Source of the DNA: Dickeya dadantii NCPPB 898
GTDB lineage: Bacteria; Pseudomonadota; Gammaproteobacteria; Enterobacterales; Enterobacteriaceae
Length of the DNA stretch: 32,000 nucleotides
Reading direction: 5' to 3'
NCBI RefSeq assembly: GCF_000406145.1
Contig: NZ_CM001976.1
Span: 2,655,116 to 2,687,115, forward strand
Each line of letters opens with the position of its first letter. Within the stretch, counting starts at the first letter, position 1. The notes beneath the pieces are model-generated. The model was not told the DNA's origin, did not search any database, and saw nothing but the letters and a program-made list of their open reading frames with translations. Made by a program: the position numbers and the translations under genes. This document shows positions 1 to 7,893 of the stretch, in pieces.

Positions 1-24
1 TAACTTCTCAATTAAGCATCAGGC

Positions 25-48
25 ATGACTTATGCATACGTAAGTCAT
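25..48. promoter_or_regulatory. Inverted repeat ATGACTTA-N8-TAAGTCAT upstream of the ABC ATPase gene (operator, or terminator stem of the upstream gene)
   Basis: 25-32 and 41-48 are exact reverse complements, and the repeat ends 36 nt before the ATG at 84. Function is not determinable from sequence alone. Confidence 0.3.
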
Positions 49-83
49 CAACACCGCGCTACGACACGTGAGAGAAGGGAAGA

Positions 84-1178
84 ATGAAAACCTACGTTAG
101 CTTCAAAAATATTCAAAAAACCTACGATGGCGATCGTCTGGTGGTCAAAAATCTGAATCTGGATATTCAGGAAGGCGAGTTTCTGACCATGCTGGGCCCG
201 TCCGGCTCCGGCAAAACCACCAGCCTGATGATGCTGGCCGGGTTTGAAACGCCGACGCAGGGTGAAATTCTGCTGCGCGACACCCCACTGCACAACCTGC
301 CGCCCCATCAACGCGGCATTGGTATGGTATTTCAGAACTACGCGCTGTTCCCGCACATGACGGTGGCGGAAAACCTGGCGTTTCCGCTCTCCATCCGCCG
401 TATGAACCGCAGCGATATCAAAGACAAAGTGGATCGGGTGCTGGACCGCGTCAAACTGACCAATCTGGCCGACCGTTACCCGGCGCAGATGTCCGGCGGT
501 CAGCAACAGCGCGTGGCGCTGGCCAGAGCGCTGGTGTTCGAACCGCGTCTGGTGCTAATGGATGAACCGCTGGGCGCGCTGGACAAGCAACTGCGCGAGC
601 ACATGCAACTGGAGATCAAGGAACTGCACCGGGCGCTGGAGCTCACCGTGGTGTACGTCACCCACGATCAGAGCGAGGCGATGACCATGTCGGACCGGGT
701 CGCGGTCTTCAACGACGGGATTATTCAGCAGATGGACAGCCCCAGCGACATCTACGAACGTCCGCAGAATGCCTTCGTGGCGCAGTTTATCGGCGAAAAC
801 AACACGCTGATTGGCACTCAGTCCGGCGGCGACGGCGACTACTATCAGGCCCAGTTGGATGACGGCACCACATTACGCGCGCTGAAAGTCCGCCCCAGCT
901 CACCAGGCAGAAAAATCCACCTGTGCATTCGCCCGGAACGGGTAAAGGTCAACGCCAGCATGCTGCCGGACGGCGCACAGCAAGTCAGCGCTCGCATCCA
1001 GCAGTTTATCTATCTCGGCGATCATGTACGCATGATGACCGAGGTCGCCGGTCAACCGCAGTTTATGGTGAAACTGCCGGCCAGCGACGTTAACCCGGAC
1101 TGGCAAATCGGCAGCGAAATCAAGTTGTCCTGGCAGCCGGAACACCTGCGCGCGCTGGATGCCGTCACTACGCATTGA
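84..1178 (+). CDS. ABC transporter ATP-binding protein, PotA/YdcT-like (polyamine/opine-type importer ATPase with C-terminal TOBE-like domain)
   Basis: Motifs present: Walker A GPSGSGKT, ABC signature MSGGQQQR, Walker B LVLMDEP, H-loop VTHDQ. A purine-rich RBS (gagaagggaaga) precedes the ATG. No permease gene follows, so any partners must lie upstream of the window. Confidence 0.9.
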   Translation: MKTYVSFKNIQKTYDGDRLVVKNLNLDIQEGEFLTMLGPSGSGKTTSLMMLAGFETPTQGEILLRDTPLHNLPPHQRGIGMVFQNYALFPHMTVAENLAFPLSIRRMNRSDIKDKVDRVLDRVKLTNLADRYPAQMSGGQQQRVALARALVFEPRLVLMDEPLGALDKQLREHMQLEIKELHRALELTVVYVTHDQSEAMTMSDRVAVFNDGIIQQMDSPSDIYERPQNAFVAQFIGENNTLIGTQSGGDGDYYQAQLDDGTTLRALKVRPSSPGRKIHLCIRPERVKVNASMLPDGAQQVSARIQQFIYLGDHVRMMTEVAGQPQFMVKLPASDVNPDWQIGSEIKLSWQPEHLRALDAVTTH

Positions 1179-1216
1179 TCAGTCACTACGCATTGATCAG
1201 TCACTACGCATTGATA
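1164..1216 (+). repeat. Tandem direct repeat of an 18-bp unit GTCACTACGCATTGATCA, 2 full copies plus a 17-nt third copy
   Basis: Units at 1164-1181, 1182-1199 and 1200-1216. The first unit encodes the last codons and the TGA stop of the ABC ATPase, and each later unit carries the same in-frame TGA. Confidence 0.9.
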
Positions 1217-1376
1217 TTGATGATGGCGACAGACGTTGCCACCGGTTAAGCCGGCGTCAATAATAGAGGGCTAACGCTTGCTGCCCGACGCCATGCCGAC
1301 GCTGGCACGGGTAGCCGCCGGCGTTAGGTTTAACCGCCGTCCGCTACAGACAGGACGCACTACACGGAGCCTTTAT

Positions 1377-1607
1377 ATGCCACATGTTGCCATCAAGTAT
1401 TTTCCCCGCAATCTGCCGGAAACCGTCAAACAGGATTTGGCAAACGAGATCAGTGAATTACTCAAGAAGTATATGAACGCGGAAGACAAGTCGATCTCGG
1501 TGGCCTTAACCGAAGTCGCGCCGGAAAGCTGGAAAGAGGCGGTTTACGACATCGAAATCGGGCCGGAGCTGGATAATCTCACCAAAAAGCCGGGCTACAC
1601 GCTGTAA
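1377..1607 (+). CDS. pptA: 4-oxalocrotonate-tautomerase-family tautomerase PptA (YdcE-like), 76 aa
   Basis: From the ATG at 1377 the protein begins MPHVAIKYFPRNL... with the catalytic Pro right after Met. It is colinear with E. coli PptA as I remember it (MPHIDIKCFPREL...KKPGYS). GGAG lies 8 nt upstream. The 1278 start in the track adds an Arg/Ala-rich 33-aa extension and is rejected. Confidence 0.85.
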   Translation: MPHVAIKYFPRNLPETVKQDLANEISELLKKYMNAEDKSISVALTEVAPESWKEAVYDIEIGPELDNLTKKPGYTL

Positions 1608-2105
1608 CGACAACGCCTGAAGCAGGTTATCGGCGCTCAAAGGCGGAACAGTGTGATCACCGATCGCTGTGCCCTGAATAATCTGTGTTGCCCCGTCAAA
1701 GACAAGGCTCATGACGAGCCTTGTAACACAACTGCCCTATCTGTGATTCGCCGCGCCACGGCTTCGTTATTGCTCGTTCTGCGCCATGAAAGCGGCCTTC
1801 CACATTGTTTAGCATTTCCATCAGTCTGTTCAGTTAGTCGCTCCTGACCCCATGGATTCCCCCGGTGAATCTTATGGGCCAGGGACGTCTGCAACCATTG
1901 CGGATCTGACCGTACGCCAGACCATGAATATGGCTCATGTTGTAGTGAAATTAAGTCTCTTTCACTCATCCACTAACTCTGGCATAAAATATGCTAAATT
2001 AACTTATTGACAACATGAAGACTGCTGAATGAGAAATAAACAAATCATTTAAAATCAACAAATTAAATCAGTTTTCATATCAAAATTTAGGATGCAAAGA
2101 TCGCG

Positions 2106-3089
2106 ATGAATAAAGATTTTACATTTACGATTAAGAGCAGTTGCTTCGATGAAAATTACAACCCCTCCGAAAATACGCGTATCACTACCAACTTTGCTAA
2201 TTTGGCCAGAGGGACGAACCGCCAGGAGAACTTGCGCAACACGTTAGTGATGATTGACAATCGTTTCAATACATTGGCGTATTGGGATAACCCCAAAGGT
2301 GACCGTTATTCTGTCGAACTTGAAATCATTTCCGTTGAGATAAATATTGCTGTCGAAGGCAATAACGATACCTTCCCTGTGATTGAAATATTGAAAACGA
2401 ATATTGTTGATAAAAAAACTAACCAACGCATTGAAGGCATTGTAGGGAATAACTTTTCCTCTTACGTGCGAGATTATGATTTTAGCGTAATACTCCCTGA
2501 GCACAATAAGCATCGCACCGAATTTAGCACGCCAGATAATTTTGGCGATTTGCATGGGAAAATATTCAAACATTTCACAAATTCAGGTGATTACAAAAAA
2601 CACTTTAACAAACAGCCTGTTATATGCCTAAGTGTTTCAAGTAAAAACACCTACCATCGCACTGGAAATCAGCATCCTGTATTGGGCGTCGAATACCAGC
2701 AAAATGACGCTTCCTTGACCGATCATTATTTCGAAAAAATGGGGTTACAGGTTCGCTACTTTATGCCTGCAAATAGCGTTGCACCTTTGGCTTTTTATTT
2801 TTCTGGTGATTTACTGAGTGATTACACTAATCTTGAGCTTATCAGTACCATCAGTACGATGGAGACTTTCCAAAAGATTTATCGACCTGAGATTTACAAT
2901 GCTAACTCTGCAGCAGGACAATACTATCAACCCAACCTGAATCATCAGGATCATTCATTAACAAAAATTGTTTATGATCGGGAAGAACGCAGTCAGTTGG
3001 CTATTGAGCAAGGAAAGTTTACTGAAGAGCATTTCATCAAACCCTACAAAAATATTCTTGAACAATGGTCTGCTCACTACGCGCTTTGA
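2106..3089 (+). CDS. mesX: DUF1852 family protein (MesX-type partner of MesD methionine synthase)
   Basis: 327-aa soluble protein in a strongly AT-rich gene, sitting 28 nt upstream of a core-MetE homologue, which is the characteristic DUF1852 context. Family assignment is from memory of the family and its context, not from a search. Confidence 0.75.
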   Translation: MNKDFTFTIKSSCFDENYNPSENTRITTNFANLARGTNRQENLRNTLVMIDNRFNTLAYWDNPKGDRYSVELEIISVEINIAVEGNNDTFPVIEILKTNIVDKKTNQRIEGIVGNNFSSYVRDYDFSVILPEHNKHRTEFSTPDNFGDLHGKIFKHFTNSGDYKKHFNKQPVICLSVSSKNTYHRTGNQHPVLGVEYQQNDASLTDHYFEKMGLQVRYFMPANSVAPLAFYFSGDLLSDYTNLELISTISTMETFQKIYRPEIYNANSAAGQYYQPNLNHQDHSLTKIVYDREERSQLAIEQGKFTEEHFIKPYKNILEQWSAHYAL

Positions 3090-3117
3090 TTCACCAAAAA
3101 ATATAAGGTCACCTGCT

Positions 3118-4149
3118 ATGAAAACATTGCTACCCACCTCGACTGCCGGCAGTTTGCCCAAACCGTCCTGGCTCGCAGAGCCTGAGAAACTGTGGTCCCC
3201 CTGGAAATTACAAAACGAAGAGTTAATTGAGGGGAAAAAAGATGCCCTGAGTTTGTCGCTGTTTGATCAACTGCGTGCAGGTATTGATATTGTCAGCGAT
3301 GGCGAACAAACGCGCCAACACTTTGTCACCACGTTTATTGAGCACCTTAGCGGCGTGGATTTTGAGAAACGTGAAGTCGTTAAAATTCGTAATCGCTATG
3401 ACGCAAGCGTACCGACCGTTGTCGGAGCGGTGGCGCGCCAAAAACCCGTTTTTGTCGAAGATGCCAAATTCTTACGTCAACTCACCAGGCAACCTATTAA
3501 ATGGGCTCTGCCGGGGCCGATGACGATGATCGATACGCTCTATGATAACCACTATAAAAGCCGCGAAAAACTGGCCTGGGAATTCGCCAAAATTCTCAAT
3601 CAGGAAGCGAAAGAGTTAGAAGCTGCGGGTGTGGATATTATTCAGTTTGATGAACCCGCGTTTAATGTTTTCTTTGATGAAGTGAATGATTGGGGTATCG
3701 CCACGTTAGAAAGAGCGATTGAAGGGCTGAAATGTGAGACGGCGGTACATATCTGCTACGGATATGGCATCAAAGCCAACACCGACTGGAAAAAGACGCT
3801 GGGGTCAGAGTGGCGGCAATATGAAGAAGCGTTTCCCAAACTGCAAACATCCAATATCGATATCATCTCGCTGGAATGCCATAACTCGCGTGTTCCCATG
3901 GATCTGCTTGAACTGATTCGCGGTAAAAAAGTGATGGTCGGGGCCATTGACGTGGCAACCAATACCGTCGAGACACCAGAAGAAGTCGCCGATACGCTAC
4001 GAAAAGCACTTCAGTTTGTCGATGCCGACAAGCTCTACCCGTCGACTAACTGTGGCATGGCCCCCTTATCTCGTCGGGTAGCCACAGGCAAGCTCAATGC
4101 GTTAAGTGCAGGCGCAGAAATCATCCGCAGAGAACTCTCGGCTAAATAA
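3118..4149 (+). CDS. mesD: Cobalamin-independent, single-domain (core-MetE) methionine synthase, MesD-like
   Basis: 343 aa starting MKTLLPTSTAGSLPKPSWL. It is homologous to the C-terminal catalytic half of MetE and keeps the Zn-ligand pattern: VHICYGYG (His-x-Cys, 3748-3756), SLECHN (Glu) and STNCGMAP (Cys). The 2968 start in the track overlaps mesX and is rejected. Confidence 0.85.
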   Translation: MKTLLPTSTAGSLPKPSWLAEPEKLWSPWKLQNEELIEGKKDALSLSLFDQLRAGIDIVSDGEQTRQHFVTTFIEHLSGVDFEKREVVKIRNRYDASVPTVVGAVARQKPVFVEDAKFLRQLTRQPIKWALPGPMTMIDTLYDNHYKSREKLAWEFAKILNQEAKELEAAGVDIIQFDEPAFNVFFDEVNDWGIATLERAIEGLKCETAVHICYGYGIKANTDWKKTLGSEWRQYEEAFPKLQTSNIDIISLECHNSRVPMDLLELIRGKKVMVGAIDVATNTVETPEEVADTLRKALQFVDADKLYPSTNCGMAPLSRRVATGKLNALSAGAEIIRRELSAK

Positions 4150-4180
4150 CATCGCCCAATAATAGATCATTTAAACAAAA

Positions 4181-4240
4181 CTCAGTCCGTGCGGCGATCT
4201 GATCAATCGCCAAATCACCTAAACCGCCAGCCGGACTGAG
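4181..4240 (+). terminator. Compound stem-loop downstream of mesD (possible terminator or islet boundary structure)
   Basis: The outer stem CTCAGTCCG (4181-4189) pairs with CGGACTGAG (4232-4240). It encloses an inner hairpin GGCGAT (4193-4198) / ATCGCC (4206-4211). Only a weak T-run follows (gatttagtt). Confidence 0.3.
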
Positions 4241-4313
4241 CGATTTAGTTGGACCTACTCTATGATCTCGTAACGGTGTCGTGGTCTTACCAACACCCTA
4301 GCAGTGAACGACA

Positions 4314-5204
4314 TCAACCCGGCCCCTCACTTCCTGCCGCCAGCAGCGGTACCAGCACGTCGCTGATGGGCGTAGGAATACCCTGTGAACGACCACGACG
4401 CTGTACTATGCCGTTGCGGATATCCCATTCCAGCGGGCGGTTAGCCTGGCGGTCGGCGAGAATAGAGGTGCCTAAATCCGCAGGGGCACGCTGAAAACCG
4501 TCAACGATCTCCTGCGGAACGTTATCGCTCAGTACCGCACCTTCCGCACGTGCTACCGTCAGACACTCGCGCAGATAAGCCAGCGCCAGTTCCGTTATAT
4601 CCCCGCGTGAGAACATCCCGGCACGGCGATTAGCCAGAACCATCAGACCAGCGGCCGCATTCTGCAGCAGTTTGCGCCAGGCGATGGAGACAAAATCGGA
4701 TGACAACTCCACCGTGCAACGTGTACCACTGAGCGCATCTGCTACCCATTTTGCCTGCGGCACATCCGGCAGCGTCAGGCGCGGTTTCGCACGCAACCAG
4801 ACAGACGCATCTGGCTCGCGCTGTGCCGGGAACCACACTACCGAAGGCAGCACCGTTGCGCCGTTGACCCAGGGTTCCAACTGAGTTTTCTGTTCTACGC
4901 CGTTTTGCAGCGCACACACCACGGTGTTTTCATCGCACAGCGCGGCCAGCCAGTCGGCACTGTCTGCGACCTGGGTGATTTTCACCGCGACAAACACCAG
5001 ATCGAACGGATGGCTGATAGCCGCCGGATTGCTCAATACCGGACCAGGCACCACAGTTTCACCGTCATCGTGACGCAGAATTAATTGCGAATGCGCGGTG
5101 CGTCCGCAAAGGACCGGCGTACGGTCAACTTCATGCAGTGCAGCAGCGATGGTAGTGCCGATAGCGCCCGGCCCCAGAAGAGCCATCGTGGGATGGTCAG
5201 ACAT
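4314..5204 (-). CDS. 2-dehydropantoate 2-reductase (PanE/ApbA) family NAD(P)-dependent oxidoreductase
   Basis: N-terminal Rossmann motif LLGPGAIGTTIAAAL and a size of 296 aa are typical of ketopantoate-reductase-like proteins. AGGAG lies 8 nt upstream of the ATG at 5204. Confidence 0.75.
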   Translation of the reverse strand: MSDHPTMALLGPGAIGTTIAAALHEVDRTPVLCGRTAHSQLILRHDDGETVVPGPVLSNPAAISHPFDLVFVAVKITQVADSADWLAALCDENTVVCALQNGVEQKTQLEPWVNGATVLPSVVWFPAQREPDASVWLRAKPRLTLPDVPQAKWVADALSGTRCTVELSSDFVSIAWRKLLQNAAAGLMVLANRRAGMFSRGDITELALAYLRECLTVARAEGAVLSDNVPQEIVDGFQRAPADLGTSILADRQANRPLEWDIRNGIVQRRGRSQGIPTPISDVLVPLLAAGSEGPG

Positions 5205-5334
5205 CTTGTGTTCTCCTGATTTGATTAGCCCATCATCAGTGTGCCGGCGGCAATCACCACCTACGCCAGCATTTTCTCAGCGTTAACGTCTCGCCGGGAA
5301 ACCGATCACCCAATACCGCGGCAAACCTGGTGTC

Positions 5335-5958
5335 TTAGACCATACCATTATTCCCATGACGTAAAAATGCTGGTCGCTGATTCAAGCGCGCAAACCACGC
5401 GTCAATGGCAGGGACGTCGGGGTGAGGAAACGGTGTCATTTTCCAGCGATTCACCGACAGCCCAAGCACCACATCCGCCAGCGTAAACCTCTCGCCTGCC
5501 GCCCATGCCCCGGTGAGCTGGAGTTGTTGTTCAAGAATACCAATACAGTGGTTCCACTCTTTAATGCCAGCGGCAATCGCGTTTTGATCGTTATAGGCCG
5601 GGTTCTTGCGCGCCAGAGCCGGGAAGACATAACGCCAGGCGTTGTTAAATTCGGTCGCCTGCCAGTCCATCCAATGCTCGACGTTAGCGCACGCCTGCGG
5701 CTCGTTGGGGAGCAGGTCATCGCGCCCGGCTTTGCGCACCAGATAGCGGCAAATCGAATTGGATTCCCACAGCACGAATTCATCGTCAATCAACACGGGC
5801 ACCATCGCGTTCGGGTTCATGGCGCGAAATGCATCGGTTTCCGTCGATGCAAATCCGCTACCGTAATCTTCCTGAACATAGTCCAGCCCCGCTTCTTCGC
5901 AGGTCCAGAGCACTTTGCGCACATTTATTGACGTCGTTTTGCCAAGTATTTTGAGCAT
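5335..5958 (-). CDS. Glutathione S-transferase, GstB-like
   Basis: 207 aa. The N-terminal thioredoxin-like GST domain (NPNAMVPVLIDDEFVLWESNSICRYL) is colinear with E. coli GstB as I recall it, and a C-terminal alpha-helical GST domain is present. Confidence 0.85.
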   Translation of the reverse strand: MLKILGKTTSINVRKVLWTCEEAGLDYVQEDYGSGFASTETDAFRAMNPNAMVPVLIDDEFVLWESNSICRYLVRKAGRDDLLPNEPQACANVEHWMDWQATEFNNAWRYVFPALARKNPAYNDQNAIAAGIKEWNHCIGILEQQLQLTGAWAAGERFTLADVVLGLSVNRWKMTPFPHPDVPAIDAWFARLNQRPAFLRHGNNGMV

Positions 5959-6130
5959 ACTTCGAATGTCCTTCCGCGTGATTAATCGTTTAAAAACAAT
6001 ACACCAGCTTAATATCTTCTTACTACTGGCAGCAGCGCACTGGACACACAGAATGCACTAACGTCCTCGACATCAAAAAACAGTTTGACGGCAGCCTGGA
6101 CGCGCTTCATGCCCCTACCAGCGTTCTCTG

Positions 6131-6160
6131 TTGGCACTTTGCTGCGTATTTAGCTATAAA
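6131..6160 (+). promoter_or_regulatory. Candidate sigma70 promoter for the small ORF at 6217
   Basis: TTGGCA (6131-6136), an 18-nt spacer, then TATAAA (6155-6160). This is about 55 nt upstream of the ATG at 6217. Confidence 0.35.
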
Positions 6161-6216
6161 TCAGAATACATCTGGTTGCTATATCACTCAAAACAGACGC
6201 TCATGAGGGTACTGTA

Positions 6217-6483
6217 ATGAAGCAGACTCACTCCATTCCTGAAATCTACAACCCTGATGTTCCATACGGTGCAAAATGTGAAATTATGGATCAACTGTGC
6301 CAGGCGTTGGCGAGACATAAAGGAATGGAGCGCTTCGAACTGCGTGATTACCTGTTGGAGAGGATCCACGTGGATTTCGAAAATCTGGAGAATAATCCTG
6401 TAGGGATGCTTCTGCTGTATGAATACCTCCACAGCCAGCGTCCGGGAGTCTGCATCCGTTCTACGGAAAAACAGCTCAATTGA
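6217..6483 (+). CDS. Hypothetical small protein (88 aa), no family recognised
   Basis: ATG preceded by GAGGG at 7-nt spacing, with a candidate promoter upstream. The composition is acidic and helical-looking and unlike GC shadow ORFs. A longer antisense ORF (6184-6528) also exists, so the strand is not certain. Confidence 0.4.
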   Translation: MKQTHSIPEIYNPDVPYGAKCEIMDQLCQALARHKGMERFELRDYLLERIHVDFENLENNPVGMLLLYEYLHSQRPGVCIRSTEKQLN

Positions 6484-6641
6484 TCCTCGCATGTCACGTA
6501 GACATTTAATATATAAGTATGACGGCACATCGTTGTCGTGACCTAACGCGCCAATATCCCTTCTGACAGCGGCAAATCCAAAAGATGGGGCGTGTCTGCT
6601 GTGAGCAAGGAGCGGACTTTTACGGTAATTGATAATTCAAA

Positions 6642-6669
6642 GCAGCCTGTTGCATCTACAACAGGCTGC
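6642..6669 (-). terminator. Hairpin downstream of the VOC gene (candidate rho-independent terminator)
   Basis: GCAGCCTGTTG (6642-6652) pairs with CAACAGGCTGC (6659-6669), giving an 11-bp perfect stem and a 6-nt loop. On the minus strand it is followed by TTTGAATT. Confidence 0.45.
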
Positions 6670-6745
6670 GGTAAGCAACTATTAGGCAAGACGCTTCAAT
6701 AAGCAGATTACCCAATATAATCATAAACTACAGACGATCTATTAA

Positions 6746-7177
6746 TTACACGGGTTCATCATTGCAATGGCTGGTATAGAAAGTCACGCCATTACCATCA
6801 GGGTCCTGCATTGAGAAATAATGATGTCCATGCAGCGAACCTTCCGCAATTTCCAGAGGGGAATACCCTCGTTCAATCAATCCATTTCGAAAAGTTTCGA
6901 GGTCTGACTTGGAGTGGCCTGCAATCATCAGGTCAATTTTTTCAGATATAAAATCAGGGCGCTGGCCTACACGGCTGGCATGGAGGGGAGCAGTCAGAGG
7001 ATCGCTTTTTGTTGTTAATAACAGATGCGTACCGCCGCGTAGTTCGACGATAGCCATTCCCGGAAATTTGTCTAATCCGCGGAGACCTAAACCCCGATAA
7101 AAATCATAGCTTAACTCAATGTCTTTCACTTTCATGACATAATGCGCGAGGGCTGCAGATGGTAAAGATTTTTCCAT
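6746..7177 (-). CDS. VOC (glyoxalase/bleomycin-resistance/dioxygenase) family protein
   Basis: 143 aa with the beta-alpha-beta-beta-beta signature (HYVMKVKDIELSYDFYRGLGL ... HGHHYFSMQDPDGNGVTFY), typical of glyoxalase-I-like proteins. Confidence 0.8.
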   Translation of the reverse strand: MEKSLPSAALAHYVMKVKDIELSYDFYRGLGLRGLDKFPGMAIVELRGGTHLLLTTKSDPLTAPLHASRVGQRPDFISEKIDLMIAGHSKSDLETFRNGLIERGYSPLEIAEGSLHGHHYFSMQDPDGNGVTFYTSHCNDEPV

Positions 7178-7231
7178 TTCAATGCCTTACTGTATTCAGA
7201 TTAATAAATGCAAGTGCAATATTGTCGTGTC

Positions 7232-7245
7232 AACATTGCAATGTT
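7232..7245. promoter_or_regulatory. 14-bp perfect palindrome AACATTGCAATGTT in the VOC/TetR divergent intergenic region (candidate TetR operator)
   Basis: AACATTG/CAATGTT is exactly self-complementary. A related 8-bp palindrome CAATATTG lies at 7217-7224. Both sit between the divergent start codons at 7177 and 7267. Confidence 0.4.
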
Positions 7246-7266
7246 AATGTGACTGAGTAGTCGAAA

Positions 7267-7893
7267 ATGATTATGCGACTGTTCAGTCGAAAAAGACAAG
7301 GGGAAGTTGTGACACGTAAAAAAGAGATCGACAGAGAACAAGTTTTAGATGCGGCCGAAAGCATCATTCTTGAATCTGGCGGCAGATTATTTACTCTTGA
7401 TGCTGTAGCGGAGCGCGCGGGTATCAGTAAAGGCGGGCTTGTTTATACCTTTTCCTCTAAGGATGGTCTGATCTATGCAGCACTGGAAAGAGAAGTTGCA
7501 CGTTTCCAAAAAGCAGTACGCCAGCGTCTCCTAACAACCCCGGTTGGGCCGATCGAATTAGTTCTCGCTCATCTTGAGGAAGCTCTTGGAGAGGAAGACG
7601 CTTCAACTCAAATGGCAGCTTTTCTTATTACCGCTCTTGTCCATGCGCCTGGTATGCTGGAGCCGGTACGAAAACTGTACAGTTCACTTCTCGTACCTCT
7701 TCGTTCAGTTAGCGATGAGTATGCTGAAGTAAGGCACGCACTCCTTGCCGTTGAAGGTATTTTTCTGCTGCGCGGGCTTGGGTTCGCAGATATTTCTGCA
7801 GACGAGATAAAATCCGTCCTGCTGTATGCACGTAAAATCGTGCTTTCAGCGTTAGATCAATCCACAAAGAATCTCATGCCAGATAAAGAATGA
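7267..7893 (+). CDS. TetR/AcrR family transcriptional regulator
   Basis: N-terminal HTH region EQVLDAAESIILESGGRLFTLDAVAERAGISKGGLVYTFSSKDGL, followed by an all-helical C-terminal domain. The start is uncertain: ATG at 7267 or 7273, or GTG at 7309, which has the best RBS (AAGGGGAA). Confidence 0.85.
   Translation: MIMRLFSRKRQGEVVTRKKEIDREQVLDAAESIILESGGRLFTLDAVAERAGISKGGLVYTFSSKDGLIYAALEREVARFQKAVRQRLLTTPVGPIELVLAHLEEALGEEDASTQMAAFLITALVHAPGMLEPVRKLYSSLLVPLRSVSDEYAEVRHALLAVEGIFLLRGLGFADISADEIKSVLLYARKIVLSALDQSTKNLMPDKE

Noticed and set aside
1164-1216. Whether the 18-bp tandem repeat could be a CRISPR array
   Set aside because: The units are directly adjacent with no spacers, there are only three copies, and there are no cas genes. 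It is a simple tandem duplication.
1278-1376. 33-codon N-terminal extension of the pptA ORF (TTG start)
   Set aside because: Tautomerase-family enzymes need Pro as the first residue after Met removal. The ATG at 1377, preceded by GGAG, gives MPHV..., and the extension is Arg/Ala-rich junk.
2968-3117. 50-codon N-terminal extension of the mesD ORF given in the track
   Set aside because: The extension overlaps the 3' end of mesX in another frame. Homology to MetE-type proteins begins at MKTLLPTSTAGSLPKP (ATG at 3118).
4249-4494. 81-aa plus-strand ORF at the right edge of the mesXD islet
   Set aside because: It mostly overlaps the 3' end of the PanE-like gene on the opposite strand, and has a TTG start and Ser/Pro/Arg-rich shadow composition.
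6184-6528. 114-aa minus-strand ORF overlapping the 88-aa ORF
   Set aside because: I did not call it as the gene because I see no RBS, and the plus-strand ORF has better start signals and a more protein-like sequence. It is kept as an explicit alternative in the finding for 5959-6745.
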